DNA of 32,000 nucleotides from Candidatus Electrothrix sp. GW3-4 (GTDB lineage: Bacteria; Desulfobacterota; Desulfobulbia; Desulfobulbales; Desulfobulbaceae): NCBI RefSeq assembly GCF_037902255.1, contig NZ_CP147990.1:3450001-3482000 (forward strand), written 5' to 3'. Below, piece by piece: positions 6,669 through 14,374 of the stretch. Every line of letters begins with the position of its first letter. The stretch's first letter is position 1. Both the position numbers and the translations under genes were made by a program. The notes under the pieces are model-generated. The model had not been told where the DNA came from. It did not search any database and worked only from the letters and a program-made list of their open reading frames with translations.

Positions 6669-8767
6669 CACCAATCTTTGTCCACTGGTTCGTCGTCACC
6701 CATTCCCTGCGGGATAAAATTCAACTCACCCTGCTCTCCCTTCAGGCTGTTGAGCAGATTTTTCGCCTCTTCCTCAGTCATCTTGCCCATCATTCTCCGT
6801 TCCATGTCCTCAGCACTCATCTGCTTCCCCTCTCCCTGGGCTTCTTCCTGCGGTTCTTTTTGGACAGCTGCCGCCTTCTGAATATCTTCTGCCGTGGGAG
6901 CGTCCTCTTTCTTCTCCGGTTCCGCTACCGTCTTCTGCTTTGCTTCCTGCTCCTGATTTCCTGCCATTTCCTGATCAACATCGGTCTGTTTTTCCTGTTC
7001 CTGCGGCTCAGCCCCCTTTTCTTCTGAAGAACCGCTCTGCCCTTGTTGTTCCTGCATGTCCTGTTGACCTGAAGGCTGCTGCTGTTCCCCTTCCTGCTCT
7101 TTGTCGTTCCCCTGGTTCTCGTTCTCGTCCCGCTTGCCCTGCTGATTTTCCTGCTTCCCTTCCTTTTTTTGCTCGCCTTCCTTTTTTTGCTCGCCTTCTT
7201 GTCCCTCCTGAGGATTATTACACTGCTGCCCGGACTGACGCATTTCTTCTTTCAACTGCTCTAGCTTCTTTTTGACCATCTCCAGGTTATGAGCAGCTGC
7301 CTTGTCCTCTGGTTCCAGCTTCAAGGCGGCCTCATAGGATTTCTTGGCAGCGCTCCACTGCTTCAGGGCCTGTTCCTTATCCTTTGCCGTAGCTGACGCG
7401 CCCAAAAAGAACTGACTGTTGCCACGGTTATAATAGCTCCTGGCCTGCAGTGAGAGATCATCCGTTACCAAGGCCCGGGTAAAGGCGGCAGCTGCCTCGT
7501 CATATTGATGCTGGCGATACAGGCTACCACCCAGGTTAAAGTGGAGAGCCGAGTTGGTCGCATCATCTTCCAAGGCTTTTTGATAATAGGCCGCTGCCCC
7601 GGCATAATCTCCAGCCTTGAAGAGCTCTTCTCCTTCAGAGGCCCGGGCTTGAGGCAATACGAACCCGGAAACTGCACTGATTGCCAACACGAATACTGAT
7701 AATACAGCTCGCTTCTTTCGTCTACCCGCAGTTTTCACAAAGGGGAGCGGCAGGCCCCAGCCACTCCGACGCCCGGTGAGCAGAAAATCCAAGCTCAAGA
7801 GGAGCACAGCAAGGCCCAGCGGCCAAGGAAAACGTTCTATGGAAACCTTTCGCCTCCGTTGCCCGTGCTCCTCTTGAGGGACCAAGGCCAGCTTTTGCTC
7901 ATACATGGTATCAAATCCTTGCCCCATATTGCCCAGCGGGACATAAAGCCCACCGGTGGTCTCGGCAAGGGAGGACAGGGTCTGCTCATCCAGCCTGGAG
8001 GTGATAAAATTCCCCTGCTCATCTTTTACAAAGCGTCCGACCTGCCCCTTCGAGGCAGGCACCAGCTCTCCTTCGGGTGTCCCCACACCGATGGTATACA
8101 CGGTCATATGCTGCTCTTTGGCCTCTTCGGCTGCTCTTAACGCGTCTTCACTCAGGTCTTCACCGTCGGTGACCAAAACAAAGACCTTATGATTGGCCTC
8201 ATTGGTCAAGACCTCCCCCCCCTGCCTGAGAGCTCTCCCGAGATCCGTCCCTCCTTTAGGAATACTGCTCACATCCAGGGTATCGAGAGAGGCGGTAAAG
8301 GCTTCATAATCCGTAGTCAGCGGACACATAAGAAAAGCAGTGCCAGCAAAAGGTAGCAATCCCACCCGATCACCTTCCAGCTTAGCCACAAAATCCCGGA
8401 TAGCTAACTTTGCCCGTCCTAACCGACTTGGTTTTATATCCTGCACAAGCATGGACTTAGACACATCCACCCCGATAAGGATATCAATCCCCTTACGCCG
8501 CACCTCAATCCAGCGTTCACCGTATTGGGGTCTGGCCAAGGCAAGAAAGAGAAAAGCAATCCCCAGCAGTAAGAAAATATTTTTCAAACGCCGACGTGAG
8601 CGGGATACATTATCAGTCAATCCGGTTAAGAGCTGTGGAGCAACAAATTTTGCCAGCTCTTTCTTTCTCTGGAGGATATTAAAAAGAATAAAAAGGAGGA
8701 CCGCAAGGCAGGCAATTAAGCCGATCAGCAGCCAAAGAGCTTCAGCAAAGGTTGGCATAAGAGACAT
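6668..8767 (-). CDS. VWA-domain plus TPR fusion protein (BatB-like and BatC-like parts) with an E/Q/K-rich low-complexity region
   Basis: The N-terminal TM pair ends in ARPQYG. The VWA MIDAS motif is DILIGVDVSKSM, followed by FVLVTDGED. After a further TM come TPRs (GDYAGAAAYYQKALEDD...YYNRGNSQFF...YEAALKLEPEDKAAAHNLE). About 170 aa of E/Q/K/G low complexity follow, with a tail ending ...DEPVDKDW. The ORF-track start (8776) is TTG. An ATG at 8767 has a GGAG about 10 nt upstream, so I place the start there. Confidence 0.8.
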   Translation of the reverse strand: MSLMPTFAEALWLLIGLIACLAVLLFILFNILQRKKELAKFVAPQLLTGLTDNVSRSRRRLKNIFLLLGIAFLFLALARPQYGERWIEVRRKGIDILIGVDVSKSMLVQDIKPSRLGRAKLAIRDFVAKLEGDRVGLLPFAGTAFLMCPLTTDYEAFTASLDTLDVSSIPKGGTDLGRALRQGGEVLTNEANHKVFVLVTDGEDLSEDALRAAEEAKEQHMTVYTIGVGTPEGELVPASKGQVGRFVKDEQGNFITSRLDEQTLSSLAETTGGLYVPLGNMGQGFDTMYEQKLALVPQEEHGQRRRKVSIERFPWPLGLAVLLLSLDFLLTGRRSGWGLPLPFVKTAGRRKKRAVLSVFVLAISAVSGFVLPQARASEGEELFKAGDYAGAAAYYQKALEDDATNSALHFNLGGSLYRQHQYDEAAAAFTRALVTDDLSLQARSYYNRGNSQFFLGASATAKDKEQALKQWSAAKKSYEAALKLEPEDKAAAHNLEMVKKKLEQLKEEMRQSGQQCNNPQEGQEGEQKKEGEQKKEGKQENQQGKRDENENQGNDKEQEGEQQQPSGQQDMQEQQGQSGSSEEKGAEPQEQEKQTDVDQEMAGNQEQEAKQKTVAEPEKKEDAPTAEDIQKAAAVQKEPQEEAQGEGKQMSAEDMERRMMGKMTEEEAKNLLNSLKGEQGELNFIPQGMGDDEPVDKDW
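7158..7198. repeat. 18-bp in-frame tandem repeat (about 2.3 copies) inside the low-complexity region of the BatB/C fusion
   Basis: CCTTCCTTTTTTTGCTCG occurs at 7158-7175 and again at 7176-7193, followed by a partial CCTTC. It encodes EGEQKK-EGEQKK on the minus strand. Each unit contains a T7/A7 run. Confidence 0.8.
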
Positions 8768-8892
8768 CGGATACAAACTCCAAAATTAACGTACAGGAGC
8801 CGGTTATTCCCATCACGAAGTGATTATTGTTTAGTCAGGGCTCCCCTTATTTAATAAGATAATCTTTTATTTCTACCACTCAGCAGAAGTCA

Positions 8893-8922
8893 TTGACAGT
8901 ATTTTTTCGTCTGTGGTATTAT
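8893..8922 (+). promoter_or_regulatory. Candidate sigma70-type promoter for the YkgJ-like gene (TTGACA-N18-TATTAT)
   Basis: TTGACA lies at 8893-8898 and TATTAT at 8917-8922. Both sit in the divergent intergenic region, about 75 nt before the ATG at 8998. Confidence 0.4.
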
Positions 8923-8997
8923 TTTCAGCTGGTTCTCTCAGATCTTCTTTCGGAGTAACGATAGATCCCCAACAGCAAGAAACACCTCCCGGACTCT

Positions 8998-9384
8998 ATG
9001 ACTAGCAATAATCTTCATTACCATAACGACTTTCCCTATTTTTTCAACAGTAATGCCTGCGTAGCCTGCAGAGGAAAATGCTGCCGAGGTCAGCGAGGTT
9101 ATATTTGGCTCAGCAGAGAGGAACTACAGGAGATGGCTAAGGCACGAAGTATATCTTTGAATGCCTTTGCTCGGCAATACGTCCGGCAAGTCAATGGACA
9201 ATTATCTCTCAAAGAGCGCGTCATGAATAACGAGCATCTTTGCTGCTTCCTTGATCCTGTTGATCATTGCTGCACAATCTATAACTACCGTCCAGAGCAA
9301 TGCAGGACCTTCCCTTTTTGGAAGGAATTTAAGGATGATCCAGAGAGCATCTCCCTAGCCTGCCCCGGTGTTTCTTTACTGTGA
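8998..9384 (+). CDS. YkgJ-family (CxxCxxCC, UPF0153-type) zinc/iron-chelating cysteine-cluster protein
   Basis: N-terminal ACVACRGKCCRG is followed by HLCCFLDPVDHCCTIYNYRPEQCRTFPFW, the typical two-cluster pattern of this family. There is no clear SD sequence. Confidence 0.7.
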   Translation: MTSNNLHYHNDFPYFFNSNACVACRGKCCRGQRGYIWLSREELQEMAKARSISLNAFARQYVRQVNGQLSLKERVMNNEHLCCFLDPVDHCCTIYNYRPEQCRTFPFWKEFKDDPESISLACPGVSLL

Positions 9385-9639
9385 GCACCTCTCACCCAGT
9401 CACCCAGAACTATCTCCTCCATTTTCCCCAGAAAGACAGCATTCCGCTGATTCCCGGCTGAGTTACCTCAGCGCATTTCATTCGAAGCGCCCTAACATCC
9501 CCCCAAAAAACCTTTCTTCAACGAGTTGAAACAAAAAGCACCCATCACGGGATGACGAGACCATCTGATAGGTAAATAAAACACCCGATCTCTCCCCATT
9601 CTTCTCCCATTGTGTTTTCCTTCCTAACTCGTATTATTA

Positions 9640-9900
9640 AAGTAAAGGGAGTATAAAAAATTATACAAAAAAATATCAATGGTCCCTTAAAAATATTCAA
9701 AAAACTAAACAGAAAACTAAAAAAAGCTCCCTATTAACTTAAAAATATAGCAACAAAAAATCACCTGGGACCTAGAGCAAGCAGCCTGGACTAAAATACA
9801 AAAAAGACTACTATCTACTTGCTGCCTTAAAAAAAATTGTATATCTTTCTAGAAAAGATAAAGATTCTTAAAAATATTTTTTTAGGCAACACACGTGGTA
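9640..9900. promoter_or_regulatory. Extremely A/T-rich, A-tract-laden segment upstream of the EPS locus
   Basis: Runs such as AAAAAATTATACAAAAAAATATCAA, AAAAATATTCAAAAAACTAAACAGAAAACTAAAAAAAG and TTAAAAAAAATTGTATATC recur throughout. No ORF of 60 aa or more lies on either strand. The segment sits directly 5' of the first EPS-locus gene. Confidence 0.5.
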
Positions 9901-9934
9901 AACGTGAAAAATTTTACAGTGGGAACAAAGAGAC

Positions 9935-10834
9935 ATGACGATCCGCATCAAATGGTCAGCGTTTTTTTTGCTCGTATATTTTGCACTGTTTCTTAATGCG
10001 GGTAGAATCGTTACGCAATTAGGCTGGCACATTACTATAAACCCTATAGTTTACCCGTTAGGCATTTTAGCGACATTAGCAATCCTCCTAAAATCCAAAC
10101 CTAACAATTCGTTTTTTCTATACAAAATAATATGTTTTATAGTAGTAACATACACTATTACTGCCGTTTATTTACAACCTACACAAGGCATCGCACCTGA
10201 ATTACACCTGCTAAGTTATTTAGCAGAAATTTTTCTACTGATTACTCTAATATTACTGACTTACCATTTTTCATGCGCATTGGGAGAAATTGAGCAGGCA
10301 ATGGAGGACTTTTTGCTCAACCATATTCAGAGCGATGTAAAACCGTTTACAGACATACAGGAAGATTTTGAAGATGAAGTCTATAGATGTCGCCGTAACA
10401 ATCAGGCATTTCAGCTTATCATTGTTGAAATAATCTCTGAAGCGCCAGAAAATGTCAACCAATGTACTGATAAAAATCGTCTCTCTGAAGATATGCTGAG
10501 CTATCTTGCTAGCCGTTATGAAAGCAACAAAATGGGAGCATTACTCAGTAGCCTGCTTCGAAGAACCGATATTCTTGCCGAACAGATGGACAGAAAAAGA
10601 TTTGTTCTGCTTTGTCCATCAATAAACTCTCCCATTCCAACACCCAATGCTCTCCGGCAAAGGATAAAAAAAATGGCATGGGAGCAACTTAAAATCAAAG
10701 TAATCTGTGGGGTAGCAACTTTTCCTGACGAATCACTTATTTTTGAGGAGTTGATGGAAAAAGCGGAACTACAACTTGTGGATAATTCTCCCCTAGAACT
10801 GATAAATGAGAGAAAAAACACCATCTTAGCATAA
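9935..10834 (+). CDS. Four-TM membrane protein with a C-terminal degenerate GGDEF-like domain (A-site lost, RxxD retained)
   Basis: Four hydrophobic helices lie in residues about 8-115. The C-terminal half aligns by eye to GGDEF. FEDEVYRCRRNNQAFQLIIVEI resembles the region before the metal-binding site, but the Asp is absent. LLRRTDILAEQMDRKRFVLLCP resembles RxxD-x5-GGDEF-x-LLP, with DRKRF (10589-10603) in place of GGDEF and RRTD at 10559-10570. IKVICGVATFPDESLIFEELMEKAELQL resembles SIGVA....L...AD.ALY. Confidence 0.6.
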   Translation: MTIRIKWSAFFLLVYFALFLNAGRIVTQLGWHITINPIVYPLGILATLAILLKSKPNNSFFLYKIICFIVVTYTITAVYLQPTQGIAPELHLLSYLAEIFLLITLILLTYHFSCALGEIEQAMEDFLLNHIQSDVKPFTDIQEDFEDEVYRCRRNNQAFQLIIVEIISEAPENVNQCTDKNRLSEDMLSYLASRYESNKMGALLSSLLRRTDILAEQMDRKRFVLLCPSINSPIPTPNALRQRIKKMAWEQLKIKVICGVATFPDESLIFEELMEKAELQLVDNSPLELINERKNTILA

Positions 10835-10882
10835 TTTCAATCTGTATATCCAGAAATATATACAGTGTGAATATATGGAGTA

Positions 10883-11014
10883 CTAACGTGGGCCTTGCCC
10901 GCAACACAACTCCTGAACTCTACGTGCTGTTTCAAATGCAATTGTTTATTCTTTTAAAGAAAACAGCCTGTTCATTTCCTTGTTTTTTATGACAGGAGTT
11001 CAGGAGCAAGGCAC
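10883..11014 (+). repeat. 132-nt intergenic element, copy 1 (structured-RNA or MITE-like candidate)
   Basis: It matches 16715-16846 at 117/132 positions with no indels, and the flanks are unrelated. Long-range inverted arms pair GCCTTGC (10892-10898) with GCAAGGC (11006-11012), and CTCCTGAACTC (10910-10920) with GAGTTCAGGAG (10996-11006). An inner hairpin pairs GCTGTTT with AAACAGC. It lies 70 nt upstream of the sugar-transferase ATG. Confidence 0.75.
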
Positions 11015-11084
11015 GAAATCACAAGGCCAATACTTTACAGACATGGCATGAGAGAAGAAAAAAAATTCCGGGAGGAATCACGAT

Positions 11085-11780
11085 ATGATGTCAACAAAAA
11101 TAGCAGGAACGCTCTTTCAAGAGAGCACTGTTTGGACCAGTCCTTATCAAACAAAAAAACAGAAAATTACCGCTAGAAATAGGTATCTCATCTACAAGCG
11201 TATATTTGACATTACTGTCGTCTTACTTTGTAGCATAGTATGGGTACCAATTATCTTATTGATAAGCCTGTGCATAAAAATTTCATCTCCCAACGGCCCT
11301 GTTTTTTTTCTTCAAGAACGAACAGGAAAGGGAGGGAAACGCTTTAAGCTCTATAAGTTCCGGACGATGGTTCCCAATGCTGAAGAAATGAAGAAAGAGC
11401 TGATTCATCTCAATGAACTACAGTGGCCGGATTTCAAGATTAAGAACGACCCACGTATTTTCAGAATAGGCAAAATACTGCGTAAATCAAGCCTTGATGA
11501 ATTGCCACAGCTTTTTAATGTATTACGGGGAGAGATGAGTCTCGTTGGCCCTCGACCAACCTCATTTGGTCCAGAAACCTATAAGTTATGGCACACAGAA
11601 CGATTAGATGTCACCCCAGGCATCACAGGATTATGGCAAATTCTCGCTCGGGGGTCTGTAGAGTTTGACGAACGCTTATGCCTTGATATAGCGTATATTA
11701 AACATTGCAACATGTATCTCGACATAAAAATTTTATTTTTAACATTCACCAGCATCGCAAGACAACGAGGTACCTTTTGA
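11085..11780 (+). CDS. Polyprenyl-phosphate sugar phosphotransferase (small, monotopic bacterial sugar transferase; EPS priming enzyme)
   Basis: GGAGG lies 9 nt upstream. Signature: RIFDITVVLL...SPNGPVFFLQERTGKGGKRFKLYKFRTM...DPRIFRIGKILRKSSLDELPQLFNVLRGEMSLVGPRP. Confidence 0.92.
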   Translation: MMSTKIAGTLFQESTVWTSPYQTKKQKITARNRYLIYKRIFDITVVLLCSIVWVPIILLISLCIKISSPNGPVFFLQERTGKGGKRFKLYKFRTMVPNAEEMKKELIHLNELQWPDFKIKNDPRIFRIGKILRKSSLDELPQLFNVLRGEMSLVGPRPTSFGPETYKLWHTERLDVTPGITGLWQILARGSVEFDERLCLDIAYIKHCNMYLDIKILFLTFTSIARQRGTF

Positions 11781-14374
11781 AAGGTAACTGCCCAACGAGA
11801 AGACCAATTTCACGGTCTTTTTGTTGGGCATCATCGTACTACAGGAAAGATTCATTAATACAACTTATTTTTTCCATCAGTTTACTCATAGCGCCGTTCA
11901 TCTTACGTCAGGCTCTAGCCTCCCCCTCTGTCATGCCCATAATCACAGAACCCAATGGAACAAATGACATCTGTAATAACGAATACGAAATTCACTGGAT
12001 AGATGGAAATAACGCAGGCGAATCAATATCTCTTTTTTATGACACTGATAATCAAGCTTACGATGGCACCTTAATTATTCAGGATATTCCTGCTAAATCA
12101 CCAGACAATACGTACCACTGGAATATTAGCAACATAGCAAACGGAAAATATTATATTTATATCACCGTCAAAAACGATACAGAAGTACGTTCCGCTTATA
12201 GCTCCGGCCCTGTTACAATCGTGCACAACAAAAGGTGCCTTGACGTACCAAGCAAGGCCAATTTATTGCCGAACCCAAGCTTTGAGGAAGGCATTCTATG
12301 GTTAGCAAGTTGGCAAGTAAAGAGGCCATTCAATCGTGACCGGTCGTGGGGATATAAGTGGATAAATGACCCAAAACAGGCGCACACAGGAAGCCGATCG
12401 ATAAAGATCTCTAATACCTTCAACGGATTCAATTCCGATAGCGCCTGGCGCGACCGTGTCAAACTAAACACCCCTAAACTCAAACTTCCTACAGCTGGGG
12501 GCAAATATGTACTCAGTGCCTGGATCAAGACGCGCAATGTGAAAACTGGGCATGTACTCTTTCGGGTCAAATATTTCGACAAAAAAGGAGAGCAACTACC
12601 TCTGCTGGGGCATGGAACCGAGACTTTTTTTACAGGCGGACCGCAGACCGGTAACTGGACTCAGGTTGCCTTTCTTCTTAACACACCCCACTGGGGAACC
12701 CCGCCATACCCAGCGAGGGCCCGTGCGGAAAAAATTCAGCTTAATTTTTCTCTTGATAATTCGCCCGGGATCCTTTGGGTTGATGACGTTTCACTGGTTG
12801 AAATTAACGACCGTGAGTATGAGCATTTTTACCAGGGAAACCGGTTCGCCCCCCCCGCAATGACCGTAAATTCTCCTCCTCTTCTTCTGCCTAGGATTGA
12901 CGGCTGGAGTGCAACCGTCCAACAGGACCCGAAAACTGGTGTTTGGTGGTTTGTGGGGCCGGATCATAGGGCTTTTTGGGCCACCGGCATTGTCATAGAC
13001 TATAACGACAAACTCCTTGCAACTACAGGGTTGTCCGATAAGGCCTATAAACAAGAAGCACAATACAGGTCAAGAAGAGATTTAAATTTTAACCAGGGCT
13101 GGCGCGATAAGTCTGCATCAGGCAAGTATTCCCTGGTACAAAATAACATTATCTGGCTCAATTTTTCTACAGAGCCTGCTATTGATGTTCCCCCAGAGAA
13201 ATGGGTCCTCAAGGACCGAAAAGGCAACCTAATTGCTGGCTATGGTCATTACTTTCCCGATGTATTCAGCCCTGTCTGGCAGCAACATGCCGTAAGGGAA
13301 GCAGCAAGTCTCTTAGCTGATGATGGGCGAGCCATTATAAGCCCCCAAGTTCTTGGCTATTGGACGGATAATGAAATGGCATATGGAGATATTCATGATT
13401 TTTTATGGGGCGATACCTGTCAGTTAGCTTTTATCGACTGGCTACAGGGAAAAAACGACCTGCCAAGCGTGGATGCTTCTTTTCGCAAATTCGGCAGCAA
13501 AATCAACCTGAACACCCCCTCTGGATTTGAATTGACTCATCCTTACACGTCCATTAAGGACCTCAATAAAAGCTGGTCATCAAATCGCCATAGATATAGA
13601 TATAAATCGTTTATTGATATATCGTCCTCCCGCGACAAGCCCTTTATTCGCGGCCATAATGACCCTGTCAGACAGGATCTCTATGCCTTTGAAAGGGTAA
13701 TTTACAAGATATACGTTGACACCATCATTGAGAACATACGTAGAGCTGAAAGTCAGCTTATGGCAGACACCGGGCGTGGATTTCACCATCCTATCTTCAG
13801 CAACCGTTTTCACCTTAATCGTCCGGCAGCACTTGAGGCCTTACGACTCAATATGGATATCTTTAATCGATTTGACATTATTGCAATTAACTTGTATCCT
13901 CCGAACCAAAGCGGAATGTACATACCTCGAGAGTGGATAAATATCCTAAAAACAACATTTTACACTCCAACCGCCGTGCCGATATACATTGCCGAGTTTG
14001 GCGTTGCAGGTGAAGATGCCGATAATTTCACCGAGGTTCCTTATCTCATGGTTGCTCGATGGCGGGAGATGACCGTGAAAACGCAGTATCAGAGAGGTTG
14101 GGCATACAAAAATCTCGTATCAACCTGGGTTAACCTGCCATATATTATAGGCGCCAATTGGTTTAAATGGTCAAACGGCTATGGTTCACCTAAAGGCGTC
14201 GATGTGCGCAACTGCGGCATAGTTGATGACCAAGATACCTATTACAGACAATTTACCGATAATATTCGTTCAGTGAACAAGCAAGTCACCTCTGTCTTTC
14301 GAAGTGGTACTTTCTCTGTTGACGATATCAATTGGAAAAGTATTGATATCGATCTTTGTGAAACGGAACAATAA
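11777..14374 (+). CDS. Secreted multidomain protein: Ig-like domain, CBM4_9-like carbohydrate-binding domain, putative (beta/alpha)8 clan GH-A-like glycosidase domain
   Basis: The ORF-track ATG (11705) overlaps the upstream gene by 76 nt. TTG at 11777 has GAGG (11767-11770) 6 nt upstream and gives a signal-like N-terminus (...LIQLIFSISLLIAPFILRQALA|SP). The CBM pattern is ANLLPNPSFEEG...GSRSIKISN...GGKYVLSAWIKT...WTQVAFLL...ILWVDDVSLVEI. WTDNEMAYG and PIYIAEFGV resemble the GH-A acid/base and nucleophile strands. The start position and glycosidase family are uncertain. Confidence 0.6.
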   Translation: MKGNCPTRRPISRSFCWASSYYRKDSLIQLIFSISLLIAPFILRQALASPSVMPIITEPNGTNDICNNEYEIHWIDGNNAGESISLFYDTDNQAYDGTLIIQDIPAKSPDNTYHWNISNIANGKYYIYITVKNDTEVRSAYSSGPVTIVHNKRCLDVPSKANLLPNPSFEEGILWLASWQVKRPFNRDRSWGYKWINDPKQAHTGSRSIKISNTFNGFNSDSAWRDRVKLNTPKLKLPTAGGKYVLSAWIKTRNVKTGHVLFRVKYFDKKGEQLPLLGHGTETFFTGGPQTGNWTQVAFLLNTPHWGTPPYPARARAEKIQLNFSLDNSPGILWVDDVSLVEINDREYEHFYQGNRFAPPAMTVNSPPLLLPRIDGWSATVQQDPKTGVWWFVGPDHRAFWATGIVIDYNDKLLATTGLSDKAYKQEAQYRSRRDLNFNQGWRDKSASGKYSLVQNNIIWLNFSTEPAIDVPPEKWVLKDRKGNLIAGYGHYFPDVFSPVWQQHAVREAASLLADDGRAIISPQVLGYWTDNEMAYGDIHDFLWGDTCQLAFIDWLQGKNDLPSVDASFRKFGSKINLNTPSGFELTHPYTSIKDLNKSWSSNRHRYRYKSFIDISSSRDKPFIRGHNDPVRQDLYAFERVIYKIYVDTIIENIRRAESQLMADTGRGFHHPIFSNRFHLNRPAALEALRLNMDIFNRFDIIAINLYPPNQSGMYIPREWINILKTTFYTPTAVPIYIAEFGVAGEDADNFTEVPYLMVARWREMTVKTQYQRGWAYKNLVSTWVNLPYIIGANWFKWSNGYGSPKGVDVRNCGIVDDQDTYYRQFTDNIRSVNKQVTSVFRSGTFSVDDINWKSIDIDLCETEQ

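Noticed and set aside
4607-8789. Many long + strand ORFs across the Bat region, for example 4607-4918, 4896-5225, 5235-5780, 5252-5650, 6115-6399, 6423-6881, 6653-7027, 6940-7275, 7859-8140 and 8340-8789.
   Set aside because: All lie antisense to, and fully inside, minus-strand genes with clear family motifs. The GC-rich, repeat-rich sequence suppresses stop codons on the opposite strand. Their translations are low-complexity (P/R/S/L-rich) with no motifs.
10842-10865. An AT-rich hairpin (CTGTATAT / ATATACAG, 8-bp stem) lies just after the stop of the GGDEF-like gene and could be a terminator. Similar short hairpins lie at 15302-15320, 20883-20899 and 24679-24697.
   Set aside because: None is followed by a U-tract, and the stems are short or AT-rich. 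They may affect mRNA stability, but they cannot be called intrinsic terminators from sequence alone.
11705-11776. The ORF-track ATG start at 11705 for the large secreted protein.
   Set aside because: It would overlap the sugar-transferase CDS by 76 nt and add a non-signal-like N-terminus. TTG at 11777, with GAGG 6 nt upstream, fits better. The start remains unverified.
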